The translations under genes and the position numbers were made by a program. From Bacteroidota bacterium (GTDB lineage: Bacteria; Bacteroidota; Bacteroidia; Cytophagales; Spirosomataceae), in assembly GCA_041158445.1 (NCBI GenBank), contig JBEBBJ010000002.1:6672-70671 (forward strand): a stretch of DNA of 64,000 nt, written 5' to 3'. Positions 36,250 to 50,100 of this stretch are shown one piece after another; the first letter of the stretch is position 1, and the number at the start of each line of letters is the position of its first letter. Under the pieces are notes generated by a model, which searched no databases, was not told where the DNA came from, and saw only the letters and a list, made by a program, of their open reading frames with translations.

Positions 36250-37920
36250 TTATGCTTTAATCTTCTTCAAATAGGAAACGGAAAATCCAGTCACCTGGGC
36301 GATGTCTTCTTCTCGGCGGCGTTCGCGGCGCATTTTGCGGACCAGGTCAAGGCGCTTAGAGCGGATGAGTTCGCCGGGTTTGTCGTTACCTAAAATATCA
36401 TTTAGCTGGAGTGGGTTGATTTTGAATTCGTAGCAAATGTTTACGATGGTGACATCTTTTAGGTTTGCGTCGATGTAGGCGATGATCTCTGCGGCTTTGG
36501 CTTTACTATCAGAAACAGGAGATTTTTTGCGTATAATGAGGTATATGCTTAGTCCTAAAAGAAGCACAATGAGTGCTGTTAAGCCATAAATAATTTCCTG
36601 CGAATGGTTCTCATACGAAGGTATGGCCTCTAGCTTGATCTCTTCTTGGCGCTGAATGACCAGCTGTTCTATTTGAGCTTTTGTTAATTGGTAATAGCCG
36701 TGAATAGTCCCTAAAAAGAAAAATGAAGGGGTTATATAAACGGCTCGGTGATTGAATTCATCTCGAATTAAATGAGGAATCCATTCCCTAGTATCTATAT
36801 TATAGCTAGACAACCCTTCATTAGAGGTAATCAGTAGGAGATTGTTTAATGGAATAATGTGGTGATTGCCCAGTAAGTTTTCTGCAAGATGTTGATAAGA
36901 GTACTTATTCTCTTGTAGATTAGACATCGCCTTAACCAACTTGTTTTCAGTTAAAAAATAGATGTTTGCAGTGGAATTCATGTAAACATCCTCGATGTTG
37001 CCTAGTTTAGCATCAATTTGTAATAATGTGGTGTAAGCATCATTAAGCAAATTGAATTTTTGTATTCTATTATTATCGATGTAATAAATTACAACTGGTA
37101 GATTGTCGCGGTAATAGGCCTTAATAAATCGTGGTTCAGGGCCAGATGTTTTCTTTTGAATCCAACGCAATTTTGTTTTCAAATCACTGATGCATAACCC
37201 TTTATCAGAAAAAAGAAGGTAGCGACTTGTATCTATTTTGAAGATATCTTTTACTTTACCTAAATCCACGCTCGCTACTTGAGTGTTCCCATTATTTGCC
37301 TCATAGCGCAGCGTATCCGTGCCCATGATGCGCATTAATCCATCATAACAGATGAATGTTTCCCCGGGATATTCCCGAATATACCCATTAGTGTATTCGG
37401 GGTAGGTGAATCGTTTGCCATTGGAAAATAATCCGCCGTAGGATCCAATAAAGTTTTTAGATAAGGTTCGAATACTCAGTGTATCTGCTTTCGGTTTTAC
37501 CGTCTTTTTGTAGATGAACAACTGCCCTTTAGAAATAATCAAAAGATTGTTTTTAAAAGTAGTCCCGATAATTGAATTGTGCCTAAATCCATCCGGTAAA
37601 AGTGGCTTGTAGTGCGGTGTAAACAGGTTTCCGTTTAAGTAAATGGAACTTTTTAACTGTCCATTCTCTAGAAAGATATAACCCTTCTTAGTCGAGTTAT
37701 CTACTTTTATATGTAAAGGATCTTTATAGGCCAAAACCCCGGCGTCACTCCCTATATATAGGTTCGTCCCCACATATTCAAAGTTATAATGGAAGCGTTC
37801 TGAGCTCACTGAAATGAGCTGGTAGCCAGACAAATCGTCCGCACTAGCAGTCAATTGACTCATCAAGAAAAGTGCCCATAGGGCGCCTAATCGGCCGAGA
37901 TGTTTTATGAATTTGCTCAT
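36250..37920 (-). CDS. Single-pass transmembrane one-component regulator: extracytoplasmic sensor domain + cytoplasmic AraC-type HTH
   Basis: 556 aa. Signal peptide (..LFLMSQLTASADD), a ~420-aa beta-rich ectodomain and a TM helix (IIYGLTALIVLLLGLSIYLII). C-terminal HTH segments ..VNICYEFKINPLQLNDIL.. and ..IAQVTGFSVSYLKKI. Divergent from the adhesin gene. Confidence 0.65.
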   Translation of the reverse strand: MSKFIKHLGRLGALWALFLMSQLTASADDLSGYQLISVSSERFHYNFEYVGTNLYIGSDAGVLAYKDPLHIKVDNSTKKGYIFLENGQLKSSIYLNGNLFTPHYKPLLPDGFRHNSIIGTTFKNNLLIISKGQLFIYKKTVKPKADTLSIRTLSKNFIGSYGGLFSNGKRFTYPEYTNGYIREYPGETFICYDGLMRIMGTDTLRYEANNGNTQVASVDLGKVKDIFKIDTSRYLLFSDKGLCISDLKTKLRWIQKKTSGPEPRFIKAYYRDNLPVVIYYIDNNRIQKFNLLNDAYTTLLQIDAKLGNIEDVYMNSTANIYFLTENKLVKAMSNLQENKYSYQHLAENLLGNHHIIPLNNLLLITSNEGLSSYNIDTREWIPHLIRDEFNHRAVYITPSFFFLGTIHGYYQLTKAQIEQLVIQRQEEIKLEAIPSYENHSQEIIYGLTALIVLLLGLSIYLIIRKKSPVSDSKAKAAEIIAYIDANLKDVTIVNICYEFKINPLQLNDILGNDKPGELIRSKRLDLVRKMRRERRREEDIAQVTGFSVSYLKKIKA

Positions 37921-37973
37921 TTTTTATCTCCACTTTTAGCTGAAATATGTTATAACGAAAAGTGGTTGCTGGG

Positions 37974-37981
37974 CAAATATA
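37974..37981 (-). promoter_or_regulatory. Bacteroidota -7 box (TAnnTTTG) for the regulator gene
   Basis: The minus strand reads TATATTTG about 50 nt upstream of ATG 37920. Confidence 0.4.
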
Positions 37982-38070
37982 GTACTTAAATGGATCAAAA
38001 ATACATTATTTGATGTTTTTTATGGTTTTTTAGTTTTTGTCTTTTGTACTGATAGGGGGAATGGAATGGG

Positions 38071-38078
38071 TAGTTTTG
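38071..38078 (+). promoter_or_regulatory. Bacteroidota -7 box (TAnnTTTG) for the giant adhesin operon
   Basis: TAGTTTTG, 37 nt upstream of ATG 38115. Confidence 0.45.
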
Positions 38079-38114
38079 AAATTGAACTGAAAAATTACCA
38101 AGAATTAAGACCTT

Positions 38115-41100
38115 ATGTCTATTAAATCTCGTTTGCAAAGATTTGCCTCTTTAAGTGTAGTATTATTCTCATTGATTTTGCCTGTTGTCAAAACACAAGG
38201 TCAAACTGCTCAATTTCAACTAACGGAAAGTGATGGATTAAATCCCTACTTGTATGTCATTGAAAAGTCTTCAGGCAGGGTATTTATGAATAATACCCTT
38301 TCTGATAATAGTATTCATGGACGGATTTACTTACCCAAAGGTGATTATCACACTTCAGATGCGACGGTTACCTATCTAGGAGAGGCAGCTAATGATGCGG
38401 TTATTCAAGTATACTCCTATAAGACTGATAGGCTCTATCCTAATATTAATGCTGCTTTATTCATTACGCAGTCTGGTAAGGCATATTTATATCAGTTGGA
38501 TTTAGGTGGTTATGATGTATGGAATCCACAATGGAAAGGAAACACACCTCGTTTAGTGAGTGTGGGATCTAATGAAGTAGTTATTGGTGGTCGCTTAATG
38601 AATGAAAGCATCACTCAAACTAATTATGCAATGAATTTATACCTGATTACACAATCAGGAAAGCTTTTTAAGTCTGCTTGGACAATGGGAACCGCTGGAG
38701 GATATAATACGAGTACAGAAGTTACAGGTGTAAGCGGAATAACAAGAATTAGCGGTAATGATAAAGACAAATTGTTTTTATTGACAAGTAGTAATGCGCT
38801 TTACTTGAGAAAAGATTTTGGAAGGTCTGGTGGGGGATTAGGGAATTTTTTAGTGAACATAAGCAGTCTACCCGCGGGTAGAACTATTTCAAAAATTGTA
38901 TCTAATACGAATGGGGATTTTGCTCTATTAGATAACGGTACCGTTTTCAGCATGGGAATTGAAATGGCTAATGGGACTGTTACAGCCAGTTTCGTTGCTT
39001 TACCATCTGGGCCAACCTATAATAGCGGGTCTGGTAATTTAGGGGAGGAATCGAATAATAAAATCACAAAAATTGCAGCTGCAGGTGATAAAATTGCTTT
39101 CATTACTGAGAAAGGCCAAGTATACCTTGCAGGAAGTGATTTAGTTGCGATGCCTGTGGATCATTTAGCAAATGTAACACAATCATTAAGTACAGATAGA
39201 GATAAGCATTGGTTATTGTCCAAACAAAGTGGACAATCATTATTTGGCGGATCTGCAAGTCCTACATATGATTTCTACGGAGATAATAGTGAGTCCGCTG
39301 CCACTGGATTTGCATTCTATGATAATGGACGTTTTGCTATTCAAGATAATGCGAATAATATTTTCATATATGGAGGTAGGCGCTATAATACAAATACGAC
39401 GAATTGGTCTGCAAGTGCTTCTGATTATACAAATGTTGATGTAAAAATTGGAGCAAACTATGTGGGATTACCCATGGTGGATTATGCTACAAATGGAATA
39501 TTAAATAGCTATGTTTCTGATGTAACCAAGCCTGTTTATACACTTACGCCTGTAAATTTCAAGAGTGGAGAAAGACATAATTCTAGAACTTTCCAGTTTA
39601 AATTAGAAGTGTCTGAAATGCCCCTTGTTCCACCTACTAATTTTATTAATACGGTAATAAATACAGGAACGGGTGCAGCAACAGTTAGCAATGTCAAATT
39701 CATTTCGGATTTTACACTGGCTAAAAAAGCGGTAGACCAAAAATACATTTATACTTTTGATGTAGTTATTTCAGGAACATCTACCATTTATGATGTTGAT
39801 GTTAATCTGCCTTTAGGAGTCATTAAAGATCGAAGGGGAAATATTGCTGACGGAACTTCTACCTTTAAATTATTATTAGATCTAAGCCCTACTACGGTAA
39901 CCTTACTAAACAGGGTTGTGACTAAGGATGTTGCCAAAGGTAAATGGTATGTGGACATTCAAGCCACACCAAACCGGATATATACTCCTTCCAGCCCTGA
40001 TAAAAAATTATTACCTAGTTCTTTCCAATTGGAACAAAACTATTATGGAAGTGCTCCAGCCAGCTTTAATGAAATTGCTGAAATTGGAAACGGTATTTAT
40101 CGCTTATATTTTGCCGAAGATTTTTCAACTTCAACCTATAGAAACGAAGATCTCGGATGGCAGTTCCATGCCGGTAATATTGTTGATTTTAACCAACAAA
40201 GCATCGAATTATACGGAGGTCTTTCTTATAGATTAGGCTTTTTAACGGGTAAAGAGGGTCCCAATTTTATCACTTTTATAGATGCAAGAAAACCAACTCC
40301 AGTAATTTCAGGAGTAAGTAATACGAATAATCCTTCTAATGGATCTAAAGGATTTAAAATACATATTCCACATGAATATGTTTCTTTGACAGAAGGAGAA
40401 GGGGATAATACCAAAATTGGAAAAGATGATATTGTCATAACCGTAAACGGCACAACGGTAACTAATACAACAAGTTATATCAGTAATTTTAGAAAGACAG
40501 AATTCTACAACGCAAGAGGTACAAACTATTTTGACATAGGTAGATGGTGGCCGAGTGAACAAACTTCAATTTTTGCCTATCAAGATTGGGAATTTACATT
40601 AACTCCACCCGCAGGTGTAGAGGGTACTATAACCGTATCAGTGGGGGCTAATACATTTGCAGACGCACGCGGAAATACCAATGTGGTGTCTAATGTGTAT
40701 TCTTGGACGCATGACATTACTCCTCCCACCATTTCAAACATAGTTGTTAGTGCTGATAATAAATATGCAGAAGTCACTTTTAGCGAGGATGTTAATTTTG
40801 TAAACAATGCATCAGGAGTATTGACTCCAGCAGATTTTGCTTTATCCATGGCAACAAATTCGGGTAATGCGTTTTTAGCGTCATCGGATTTAATACCTAT
40901 TAATCCAGATTTTTCAACTTCTAATGCTACTTATGTAGGGGTTAATCCGGTAACCAAAATAGCGAGTAATAAAATTAAAGTATTCTTTAAAAGCTCTTAT
41001 ACATCGGATGCTGGACCAGCTGAAATTCAAGATGAAGGACCATCTGATAGAAATTTCGACGTCCGTTCTGTAAAAAAGGCAAAAGGTGTCGAACAGTTAA

Positions 41101-44100
41101 CAGTAGGTGTTCTTATCGGTAAAATAAGTGACAAAGCAGGCAATCTAAATTCAGGAACAATTTCTTCTACGGTTGGTGCAGGAGCTACGTTAAAGGATTT
41201 GTATGCGCCAAGTTTGTCATTAGTGGTAAAGGGAAGTGATGCAGTAGCTATTAATGCAGGAGCCACAGTTCAAAAAGCGCCTTATGTATTTACTTATACT
41301 GCTGATGAAGCTTTGAGTGCATCTACTTCAATTACATTAGCGAATTTAAGTACGTATTTTAATGTTACTGGTACTTCAATTGCCTCTGTTACTTATGATG
41401 CAATAAATAAAAAAATTACATTAACTACTTCAAGTTCTATTACCGATGGGACGACTATTACTATTGCCGTAAAGACTAAAACCTTGTCCGATGTGGCAGG
41501 GAATTTAATGCGAAAAAACAATAGTTTTAGTTTTATACATAATACTGCAGCCATATCATTTGGTGGTTATATATACTCTACCATCGGAGGCAAAAAAGTC
41601 GGTGTTAGTACTATTACGGGTAATGGAACATACAATAAAAATTATTTCCAAATAAATACTTTTTGGTATGGTATAAATGGTGCTTTCAATGCTACTAATG
41701 GATATAATAAGTTACTGAATTGGGGAGGGTCCGCCCAAAATGGTACCATTGCGAATAGTAATTTTTCAATTAAAGTGTATCAAGCTGATGGAGTAACAGA
41801 AATTCCTGGTGCTGCTACATTGATTAATAGTGCGAATAATAGCTACACTAAAACAGATGAATTTGGGAATACTCAATACACTATTCAGGCTGATTTTAGT
41901 TTAAATTTTACACCTAATGGAACGGAGAAAATCACCTTTGGTCCTGTAAATGATAACACCTTTAAATTATCGGGTAGTAATAACCCGTGGCTAGCTAGTC
42001 AATCTTCTACTTTGACCGAATTGCCTGATCTAAGGAATGATGTTTCAATAACAGTTAAGGATGGAAATGGAGTAGATTTACCGGCCATGTCAACATTAAT
42101 TTCTGGAGGAACATTGTTTTCAAATACGACTCCAACTTCCATTACGAATGTTATCACTACTGATGTGATTAAAGTAAAAGTGAGTATTCCAACTTCATGG
42201 AATTCTATTGCAACTTATTTAACAAGTGGTTCACCAGGTTCTTTAACCACATTTGCAACACTTACTGATTATGTTAGAAGTACTTTATTTATTAATAAAT
42301 TGCCAACTTCAGGTAGTACATTGTCAACTTTATCTAATGGTTCGGATTATGTTTTGGAAAACTTTGTTACCTCAAATAACGGATTGACATGTGAATTTGA
42401 TTTGCGATTTATTAATAAAATAGATGCCACTAATTCAAAGTTTGCCTATTTTTCTTTAGGACAATTTTTTGGAATACCACCAGGGGGATATCAACAATTA
42501 TTTTCTGCCTATAATACAGCTGGAGTCAATACGGCAATAAATTCTACAAACTCTCCTCAACTGTATTACTATCTTGAAAATGGAATAACCCCATATATGT
42601 ATGCAGGACCTGGAGTGTATAGGAGTTATGGAGTAATTTATGCCTTTAGTGAGGTCCAGGGTTATGGTTCAATTAAAGTTACATCTACCGTTCAAGCTAG
42701 TACTAAAAAAGTATTAGGAGTTTACGATGTGGCTAATGAGAAATCACTCCCAGCAAATACATTCATTTGGTCTGTAAAAGATCCAGATAAAAATAAAGTA
42801 GCAGACACAAGGTTGCCAGGAGGTACTAGTAATGGATTTCCTGTATTTTACGGTGATCAATTTAATACGATTGATTTCTCAAACAATACAATGCCTGCCT
42901 CTGGATCTTATTTGATGAATTGGGCAAACTTTAAATCATCTCCCTCCTCATCCACATATAGTAATCACGATAATTGGGGATTCGGACAAGATTTACGAGA
43001 TGGTTGGAATAACGTAATAGTTTCAGCTGCCAGTAGAAAGGTAAATATCTATGCATACGAAAAAAGTGATGGAACAAGCCGTTCAATAGTTAATTATACA
43101 TCAGGGCCCACTGGAACATGGACTATACAAAAGCAGTTTAAAGCAACAAACAGTGTATTAGGATCTAATGACCTTTGGTTTATTACTGGTGCACCTACAA
43201 TTGCTTCAGCAGCTCTTGATGATATGGTTGCAAATCCATCGGATTATTATTATAGCACGGTTACAAACATGGATTTTGGCAGTACTCAAACAGCTACTGC
43301 ATCTAAATCCTATAAGTCAAAAATGGTATTAACTAGCGATGTGCAAAACGTAGCAGGTGATGCAGGTGATTTTACCGTTAATGATTTGACTTTTACTTCT
43401 ACCAATTCGGCTGTTACTATTTCCAATAAATCATTGACTAGAGTAGATGCCAAAAATTATACTTTATCTTTTGATGTATCAGGTTATGGAACTTCTACCA
43501 TTAAAATAAACATACCAAATAATAGTTATAAAAATACCTTAGGCGCATGGAATAAAGAAGACTTTACCGAGGCCTCAGCTATGGAATTTGTGTATCAAGG
43601 TCCATCCACTCCTGTAGTGACCCCGCGTGCTTTACCTACCATTTCCATGGAACTAAAAAGTGCTTTGGGTACGGTATTAAACGGTAAAACTAATTTGAAG
43701 GAAAATTTAAATTTAGAAGTCACCTGGGCAACAGCGGGTTCAACTTACACAAACACTTCTGATATTTATAATACCTATAATGATCCATTATTCTTAAAGA
43801 ATAATAATTTCTTAGTGACGGATAATACAGATTCTGATGGAGATGGTACGCCGGATTATTCAGCACAAGTTCTTTCTTCTTCTTTGATGTACCGTTCGGG
43901 AGATACGCGTTATCCGATAGGAGTTAAACTAGGTTTGAAAATTAATCTCGATCCTACACCTTATACATCTGGTTCAGGTAATAATACCACGGCAAATCAA
44001 TTCAAAGATGCACAATCTGTAAATATACCACGGAATATTTCGTTTACTATTCCGGCCAATACCTTTGCATTAGTACCTACCGACTATGTGGTTAGTACTA

Positions 44101-47100
44101 CTGCTACTCCTACTTCGTATGATTGGACTACTTATTTAGCAGCTGCAGGTACGGTTTCAAAGACAACAGCAGATACCTATAGTTTTGTGTATAGTGGTGG
44201 CGGAACAAGTCCTACTATTTCAGCTACGACTAATGGAACTGCACTGATTTCTGGCGATAAAGCTTATGCCACACCGATTACAATTACCACGGTTTTTGAT
44301 AGGTCGATCGATGCGAACTCTATAAGTTTATCCGACTTTGATATTACAGGTGCTACTGCCTCTTCTGGGACATTATCAGGAACAACCTACACGTTTACAT
44401 TAACTCCATCTAATGTGAGTTATTCGAATATAACGGTTTCATTAAGAGCTGGTACGATTTCTGATACGTATGGGAATGCAAATCTAGCTTCTAATGAGTT
44501 TAGCTTAACTTATGATCACAGAGCGCCTACACCTACGGTGTCCTTATCAGATGGAACAAATGTGTTAAGCCAAAACGAAATAACCAGTAAATCCCCGCTA
44601 TATGCAACTGTTTTATTTGATTCAGATGTAACGGGTTTTGACCTAACTGATATAACGAATTCAATTACCGGCGGTACATATGTGACTAATTCATTAGTTC
44701 AAAGTGGCCGCTTGTATTCATTCACAATAACACCTACTGCAAATACTGCTCTTACCATTTCGGTGCCTGCTGGAACTGCAACCGGGGTGAATAATGTATC
44801 ATCTGTTGCATCAAATACTTTAACAGTTACAAATAGTTCTAATTCAAGTGTATTATTATCGGCGTATAAAAATACGATATCAAATAACGTGACTTCGACC
44901 GTTAGTCTAAGCAATAACGATGTTGTTTTACAATCGCCTGTTTACATAAATTTAGCTAGTTCCCAAGCTTTTGCAGGAACACTTTCTATGACAAACTTTA
45001 CGCTATCTAATTGTACGATTACCATTACAAATAATGGGAATGGCAATTATTTATTAGAAGTAAGTCCTACCGCTGCAGGTGATTTCAGCATTAAAATGCC
45101 AGCGAATTCATTGGCGAATAGTTTAGGAGGCCAAAATTTAGCTTCTAATGAAATCATTTTAAATTATGATAACCAGGTTCCCATCATCACAGGATCGGTT
45201 TTAAATCAATCTCAAAATAAGATTACGGTAACCTTTGATCAAGACATTTATAATGCAGTAAAGTCGGGAACCTTCACTGCCACTGATCTCACATTAAGCT
45301 TAACAGGAACAGGATCTCATGCTACTTTGGCTTCCACTGCAATATCAAGCATTGTAACTACTTCTACTAATTCAGTAGTCATTACCTATCAATTAAATCA
45401 ATCACCCGCTCCTAATGGAACAGAGGTAATAACCATTCTACCTGCGTTAAATTCGATCATGGATGCGAATGGGAATTTTGCTAGCAATACTACTCAATCA
45501 AATAACCAGGTTAGCTTAGAGGACGTTAATCCCTTAACAGTTACTCTTTCTGTTTCAGAGATTGACGGAAGTAATAACGATATTATAGCAAATGGCACAT
45601 TTGTTGAGAGTCAAACCTTATCAATCACTTTAAGTAAACCAGTCCAAAGTTTAGACTTATTGGATTTTGCTGTTACGAATGCAGTATTAAGTGATCTGAC
45701 CTACATAGACGATACACACTATTCCGCAATTGTTAATTATTCTCCTACTGGATCAAACATTATTACAGTACAATTAAATGCAAATGAAATTCAGGATTTA
45801 GGTGGAACAATGAATTCAGCATCTAATACACTGAGTTACACGTTTAATCAGCGTACGGAAGTAACGGTTTCTGTGTACGATAACTTTGGTCGATTATTAA
45901 GAACCGGAGCTACTGTAAAAAATCCAAACATTCGTGTGGTTATGGTGGCAAGTGATGAGCCATCAAGTTCAGGATCAGATGCTTTAGAATTAAACGATGT
46001 TTTAGTTAGTGCAACTAATTTAACGGGCTCTAGCTATACTACGAGCAATTGGTCTGGAACAGGGTATGTACGCTCTTTTAATATGGCTATTGGAGACGCG
46101 AACAAGTTATTCTCTATTTCAATTCCTGCAAATAAGTTTAAAGGGTCAAATACTAATTCGAATAACGTAGTTTCTAACGTATTTGGTATTACTTATTCTG
46201 CGCCTAATAATCCACCAGCAATCGCGGCTAGGGTTTATGCTTACCAAGAAGATGCTTCGAATTTATCTCTTGATTTATTAGACGGCATTACAGACCCAGA
46301 ATCAAATAGCCTCTCCATTTCAAATATTACTTTAAAGTATTTAGAAGCGACAGGTGGAACCAGCAGTTTCTTGGGTGTTACAAACAGCTCTAGAGTGACG
46401 AAATATGAGAATATTTCGAAATTAGCTAACCTAGTAAACAACCAAACTCTACCACTTACGTTTACAAGTTCCAAGTTCTTAAGAGGATCAGAAAAGGCGA
46501 AATTCCAATTAACCTATAAAGTATATGATGGGACAACTTATGTTCCCGTAACTCGAAATATAGAAATCCAAGGTTTAAATACTACACCTAGGTCTAGTGC
46601 TAAGAATGTGACGAATATAGATCCATCTACTTTATTAAGGGAAGGGGGGCTTGTTCATGATAATTTGGAAATGACCGATGATGACGATGGAGATCAAGTA
46701 GGCTTAATTTATGTGGATGACTCAGGAAATGAACAAACGATTTCTTCGAATACAATCATCAATTTGTCTTCCGGAACGTTAACTCTTACAGCTAATGGAG
46801 CATTTGATTTTAAAGCAAATTCGAATGCCTATGGCACACAAGCATTTAGGTATAAATTACTAGATAATGCTAGTTCTGTAAATAGTAAATCTGGTATTTA
46901 TACGGCTACTATTCAAATTACAGAAACACCTGATGCTGATGGTATTGATACTAAAATGGAAGTTTTAGGTAAATCCCGAGATATTAATGGTGATGGTATT
47001 GATGATAGAAAGCAAAATAGTATTACCCATTTCCCAATGGGTTCTAAAGCAGCCTATGATAATGCTGTAGATTGGGTGGCAGGAACTAATCCAACGGCTC

Positions 47101-50100
47101 CCTCACAATCTGGATTTGGGGCAATTTTAGTTGCTAAAGTTACTGATAACGCTAAGGCAAAACGAACGTTATCTTTAAACTCAGCTTCAGAATTAGATGT
47201 CTTAAACTTTAATTCAAGGCTGAGTAATGTTAGTACAGTTGCAAGACCTGTTTCTGTTCCTAGTTATGTTGCTTTTGAAAAAGATCCTATTTCATTTTCT
47301 GTCGTAGGCGAGAATGGTGGTTCATTAATTGATATGGATGGAGATGCTACAAATGGTATTCAACAACGTATTATTATTGATTTGCCTTCTGGTTACAAGG
47401 GGTCTACCTATTTGAAACAAAATGCAAATGGCACTTTCAGTTCATTCTTAGATGACCAGGATTTATCTACTTGGGATAACGGAGCAACCTTGTTTGACAC
47501 AAATGGTAAAACAAGAAATGAACAAGGTTTTAATAAGGATCAATTAGCTAGAATCGTTGTTACTATTACCGATAATGGCCCAGGTGATGCCGATAATACG
47601 GTAGGCAGAATTACTGACCCTGCTACATCCGGCTTTATATATCCATTAATTAATGATGCCTCTGCTACTTCAGTTAATGAGAGAATCACTACAAATACGG
47701 AATTATATGATATAAATGATGCGAATTCGAGTGCCGATACAGATGCGGAGGCTCAAGCTTTAACGTATGCCTTAACAAGTACAAACTCCACCTTATTAGA
47801 TGCTGTACAAATTAATAGTACTGATGGAAAAATTACGGTTAAAGACCAGGTTAAATTTGATTTCGAATTATTTAAAGCCGCTGGCTTATTATCAAACGAA
47901 ACAACGGTTAACAATAAAATAGTTAGTGGTACACTTTCTATAACAGTTCGTGCAACAGATACCGATGGATATACTGATGATGCAACAATTGCTCTAGTTA
48001 TCAAAAACATTAATGAATCTATTAGTATTACAAATGCATCTGGAGGCACTATTACTACCTCTGTTAATGAGAAACAAACATCAACAGGACTTACGATTGC
48101 GACTGCTGATGACGATCAATTAACGGGTGACGCAGCGACATTTACTTTATCCGGTACAGATGCGTCTTATTTTAGTATTTCATCTACAGGAGTTATTACC
48201 TTTAATGTAGCACCGGTATATGCGGCAGGTAAAATATTATACAACTTTAATGTAACTGCGACGGATATATACAGAGGATCAGCTGGCACTGATGCAGCTA
48301 CTTCTGCAACAAGTGCGGTAGTTATTAACTTGTTAGATATTACACCTCCTACTTTAAGTACAGTAGTTCTATCTAGTTCAAATAATAATTCTTCCGTTGC
48401 AAAAACGAACGATGTACTTACGCTTAGTATTACTGCTAATGAACCAATAACAACTCCTGTTGTTACAATAGCAGGCCAATCTGCAACAGTTACGGGGACA
48501 TCTAGCACCTATACGGCGACATTTACTGTAACTAATTCGACACCTCAGGGCACAGCCACTATTTCTGTAACCTATGTCGATGTAAATGGTAACCCTGGAA
48601 CTGCTGTAACAAGTACGACGAATAGTAGCACTGTGGTAGTGGATACAGCAGTACCTACACTAGGAACGGTATCGGTTAGCAGTAGCAACACTAATACCAG
48701 TCAAGAAGCTATTCAAACGCCGACAGTGACAGTAGCTGGACAAGTTGCATCAGTCACAGGAACGGGTTCAACTTACGCTGCCACCTATACGGTAACTAGC
48801 AATACGCCACAAGGAACGGCCTCCATTAGTGTGACATTTAGTGATGTGGCTAACAACCTAGGAACTGCGGTAACTAGTACGACGAACAGTAGCACGGTGG
48901 TTGTGGATACAGCAGTCCCAACTTTGTATACGGTGGATTGGATTCCGGCTTCTATAGATAATGCTAATTTCCGTAACGTAGGATTTACTTTAACAAACGC
49001 AGAACTAGGAGCTACTTATTCTTACATTATATCAAGTGGAACGTCTAGTTTGACGGCCTCTGGAACCGTGACTAATTCGACTCAGGTAATTGGAAATATC
49101 AATACAAGTACATTGCGTGATGGTATAATTACCTTAAGCTTAAAGATTATTGACCAGGCGGGTAATTCAGGGTTAGTGGTTACTGACACCATTAATAAAG
49201 CAACAAATGGTGGACCGACAGGAACTCCTACTCCTATTACCTTATCTCAAAACGACCCAGATCAAACGATTAATCTATTAAATGGTATCACTGATGCCGA
49301 AGGCGATCCACTCACCGTCAGCAACGTAACGATTTCTTATTCGATTGAAAATGTGGTGACGAATCAGCCAGTGGTGATTAATTCTACCTTGTTGACGAAG
49401 TTCCAAGATGTTGTCTCCACTTCGGATTTAACGGGAACGAATTTATTCATCGAAATGAGCAAGTCGAAGTTCTTGAACGGCTCACAGAAGGGACAAATTA
49501 ACATCGCTTATGTGGTGACGGATGGGAATAATAACCTAAATGCGAACGCGGTCTTAAACATCATAGGTGCAAATGACCAGCCTACAGGTTCGGCCGTGAC
49601 TTTAAACCAGGTCGTGATTAATGGCCAAAACATGGGTATTCCATTAACCGAGGGAGTAGGCGTAAGCACGAACGTACCAGGAATCGATCCGGATGATGAT
49701 TCGGTGACCTATACCTTAGATCAAAACTCTTCCGTTTCTAACGGACAATTCGTCTTCAATCCGGATGGTTCATTTAATTTCTTGCCAGATGCAAACTACT
49801 ATGGTGAGCAAGAATTTGACTATTACATTAAAGATCAAAGTGGGGTCTTAAATGGTCCGTACAAAGTAAAAATTGTCATCGCAGAAAACCCAGATATTGA
49901 TGGTATTCCATCGAAATTAGAAGAGGTGGCTCCTAATGGGGGTGACGTGAACGGTGATGGTATTCCGGATCGTAAGCAGAATAATATCACGAACGTGCCT
50001 TTAGGTTCTTTTGCAGATTACCAAGCGGGAATTGACTGGGCGAATGGTGTTCCGGGTGCTACGCGCCCTTCTACTTCGAAAGTAGGATCTCTCTTAATCG

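Noticed and set aside
38115-39400. RCC1-like beta-propeller repeats at the N-terminus of the giant adhesin (recurrent ..L.T.SGK.Y.. / FALLDNGTVFSMG segments).
   Set aside because: The pattern is suggestive, but I cannot verify the family assignment by eye. It is left as an unspecified repeat region.
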